Assembly: GCA_964423345.1 (NCBI GenBank)
Contig: CAYREV010000007.1
Coordinates: forward strand, 23,912 to 87,911
Length of the DNA: 64,000 bases
Origin: an uncultured Balneolaceae bacterium
GTDB lineage: Bacteria; Bacteroidota; Rhodothermia; Balneolales; Balneolaceae
Direction of reading: 5' to 3'
Position numbers and translations under genes: made by a program. Each line of letters opens with the position of its first letter. Position 1 is the first letter of the stretch. The notes under the pieces were generated by a model. That model made no database searches and was not told the DNA's origin. It saw nothing but the letters and a program-made list of their open reading frames with translations. Positions 62,761 to 64,000 of the stretch are shown here, piece after piece.

Positions 62761-63939
62761 TCAAACCTCCTCACCGGGGTCTTCATTTCCCATGACCTGC
62801 TCGATGATACCGGTAAAGATCCTGACGCCGGTCGGGATAATATCATCGGGAAAATCGTAATTGCCGGCATGCAGGGCCGGCTGGTCCTCACCCGATCCCA
62901 GGCCGAATAGCGCTCCTCTGTAAGCCTTGGTAAAATGTCCGAAATCTTCCGACCATCCAAAAGGCTCATCCTTTCTTATGGTCTCTATTCCCTGCTGTTG
63001 GGCGGCTTTCTCGAGCAGGGAAACCGCCTCCTCATCATTCCGGGTGGCGGCAAACCCTTCCACCCATTCGGTTTCCACATCCAGTCCGTAGGTTCCCGCC
63101 ACTTCTTCGGCCAACTCCACGGCCCGCTCTTTTAGTTTCAGCAGCGTTTCATCATCATAGGTTCGCAGCGTAGCCATAATCTCGGCAAAACCCGGGGAAG
63201 TGCCGTAGGCCTCCTCACCCAGCCTTGCATGAATAATGGTAACCTTGGCAGCATGATCCAAAGAGGTATAGAACTGCGGAAGGGACGAATAGGCATTGAT
63301 CAGCTGGGCCACCGCCAGGGCCGGGCTTCTCCCCTCTTCGGGGTGTGCCGCATGCGAGGTCTCCCCTTGAAGCTGAACATTCAGTCCGATGGAAGCAGCC
63401 GCAAACGTCCCCGCACGAGTTACCACCCGGTGTTTTTTAAAACCCGGAAGGTTATGAAGGGCAAAAACAAAGTCAGGCTCCAGCTTCTCAAAAGCGGGGT
63501 CTTCCAGTACGCGCTGCGCACCCTGCCCCGTCTCTTCCGCCGGTTGAAACAGCAAAAGCACCTCACCGGCATAATTCATGCCACCTGCCAGTTCCCGGGC
63601 CACCCCGCACATGATCGCCATGTGTCCGTCATGGCCGCACTTGTGGCCGGTGTCTTCATTCCGAGAACGGTAATCAAATTCATTTTCCTCCGGAATGGGA
63701 AGGGCGTCAAGCTCGCACCGTAACAGCAGCCGGGGGCCTTCCCCCTCTCCCGGGAATCGGGCCAGGATTCCGTGTCCCCCGACCCCGGTAGTCAGGTCGC
63801 TGCAGCCGGTGCCTTTCAGAAACTCCACTATTTTTCGTGCGGTCTGCTCCTCTTTCCCGGAGAGCTCTGCAATAGAATGCAGCTGATGCCTTAACTCAAT
63901 CAGTTCGTCCATATCCGTATGACTGCTGTTTAAAACCAT
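62761..63939 (-). CDS. M20-family amidohydrolase (N-acyl-amino-acid amidohydrolase / hippuricase-like)
   Basis: 392 aa. 'HKCGHDGHMAIM', 'LLFQPAEETGQGA', 'FALHNLPG', 'GETSHAAHPEEG'. Confidence 0.8.
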   Translation of the reverse strand: MVLNSSHTDMDELIELRHQLHSIAELSGKEEQTARKIVEFLKGTGCSDLTTGVGGHGILARFPGEGEGPRLLLRCELDALPIPEENEFDYRSRNEDTGHKCGHDGHMAIMCGVARELAGGMNYAGEVLLLFQPAEETGQGAQRVLEDPAFEKLEPDFVFALHNLPGFKKHRVVTRAGTFAAASIGLNVQLQGETSHAAHPEEGRSPALAVAQLINAYSSLPQFYTSLDHAAKVTIIHARLGEEAYGTSPGFAEIMATLRTYDDETLLKLKERAVELAEEVAGTYGLDVETEWVEGFAATRNDEEAVSLLEKAAQQQGIETIRKDEPFGWSEDFGHFTKAYRGALFGLGSGEDQPALHAGNYDFPDDIIPTGVRIFTGIIEQVMGNEDPGEEV

Positions 63940-64000
63940 GAATATCTAAAAGGGGCTTTGCGCCCGCTTCGTTCAACTACCTGCCCAATACTCCTTCCGG

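Noticed and set aside
62634-62969. ORFs 62634-62969 (-) and 62638-62910 (+) crossing the tandem repeat.
   Set aside because: Both overlap the 3' end of the well-supported M20 gene and are generated by the GC-rich repeat. Their repetitive 'SFGGQA/SFGEQA' and 'PKL..SAG' translations are by-products of the DNA repeat.
1-64000. Search for mobile elements, CRISPR arrays, tRNA/rRNA genes, prophage or defence-system genes.
   Set aside because: I saw no transposase, integrase or recombinase motifs. I also saw no regularly spaced direct repeats, no tRNA-like T-arm (GGTTCGAATCC-type) sequences, and no nuclease, ATPase or methyltransferase gene sets typical of defence islands. The accessory character of the window is metabolic (N-oxide respiration, SusC/D uptake) rather than mobile.

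Overview
This 64-kb chromosomal window appears to come from an FCB-group bacterium (Bacteroidota, Rhodothermota or Balneolota-like). The evidence for that placement is two SusC/SusD pairs, two GWxTD-domain proteins, a Rho factor with a basic low-complexity N-terminal insertion, and lipoprotein-rich outer-membrane genes. I found no rRNA, tRNA, CRISPR array, transposase or integrase.

Left third (1-21 kb): a nitrogen-oxide-handling island. It holds nirK, an azurin-like cupredoxin and a porin. An Rrf2 (NsrR-like) regulator is transcribed divergently from an unusual haem-copper-oxidase (HCO) operon. That operon encodes a CuB-ligand-deficient HCO paralogue, a small IIa-like peptide, a CuA subunit II, a ba3-like subunit I that lacks the cross-linked tyrosine, a SenC/SCO1 protein, and a cytochrome b + 2x[4Fe-4S] + MvhD-like fusion protein that runs off the window edge. 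Downstream lie a membrane-anchored multihaem cytochrome c, CRTAC1/ASPIC-UnbV and TPR operon, an OsmC gene, three His-motif membrane proteins, and a truncated-globin remnant.

Middle (21-29 kb): a porin, a stand-alone receiver domain, a YceI-YceI-Usp operon, and a sigma-54-dependent two-component system. A palindrome, TTGCA-N4-TGCAA, occurs as pairs about 115-125 bp upstream of three sigma-54-like -24/-12 elements (in front of yceI, the porin and nirK). This suggests one enhancer-binding-protein regulon.

Remainder: housekeeping genes (rpiB, glyA, tatC, alr, sppA, rho, folC, pyrD, pyk). They are followed by a mirror-image arrangement of GWxTD protein plus SusD/SusC on either side of a roughly 920-bp non-coding spacer, then a second alanine-racemase-like gene with an M20 amidohydrolase.

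The most interesting candidate for an undescribed system is the composite HCO/NOR-like operon at 1-7 kb. All functional calls rest on motif recognition by eye, and no database search was run.
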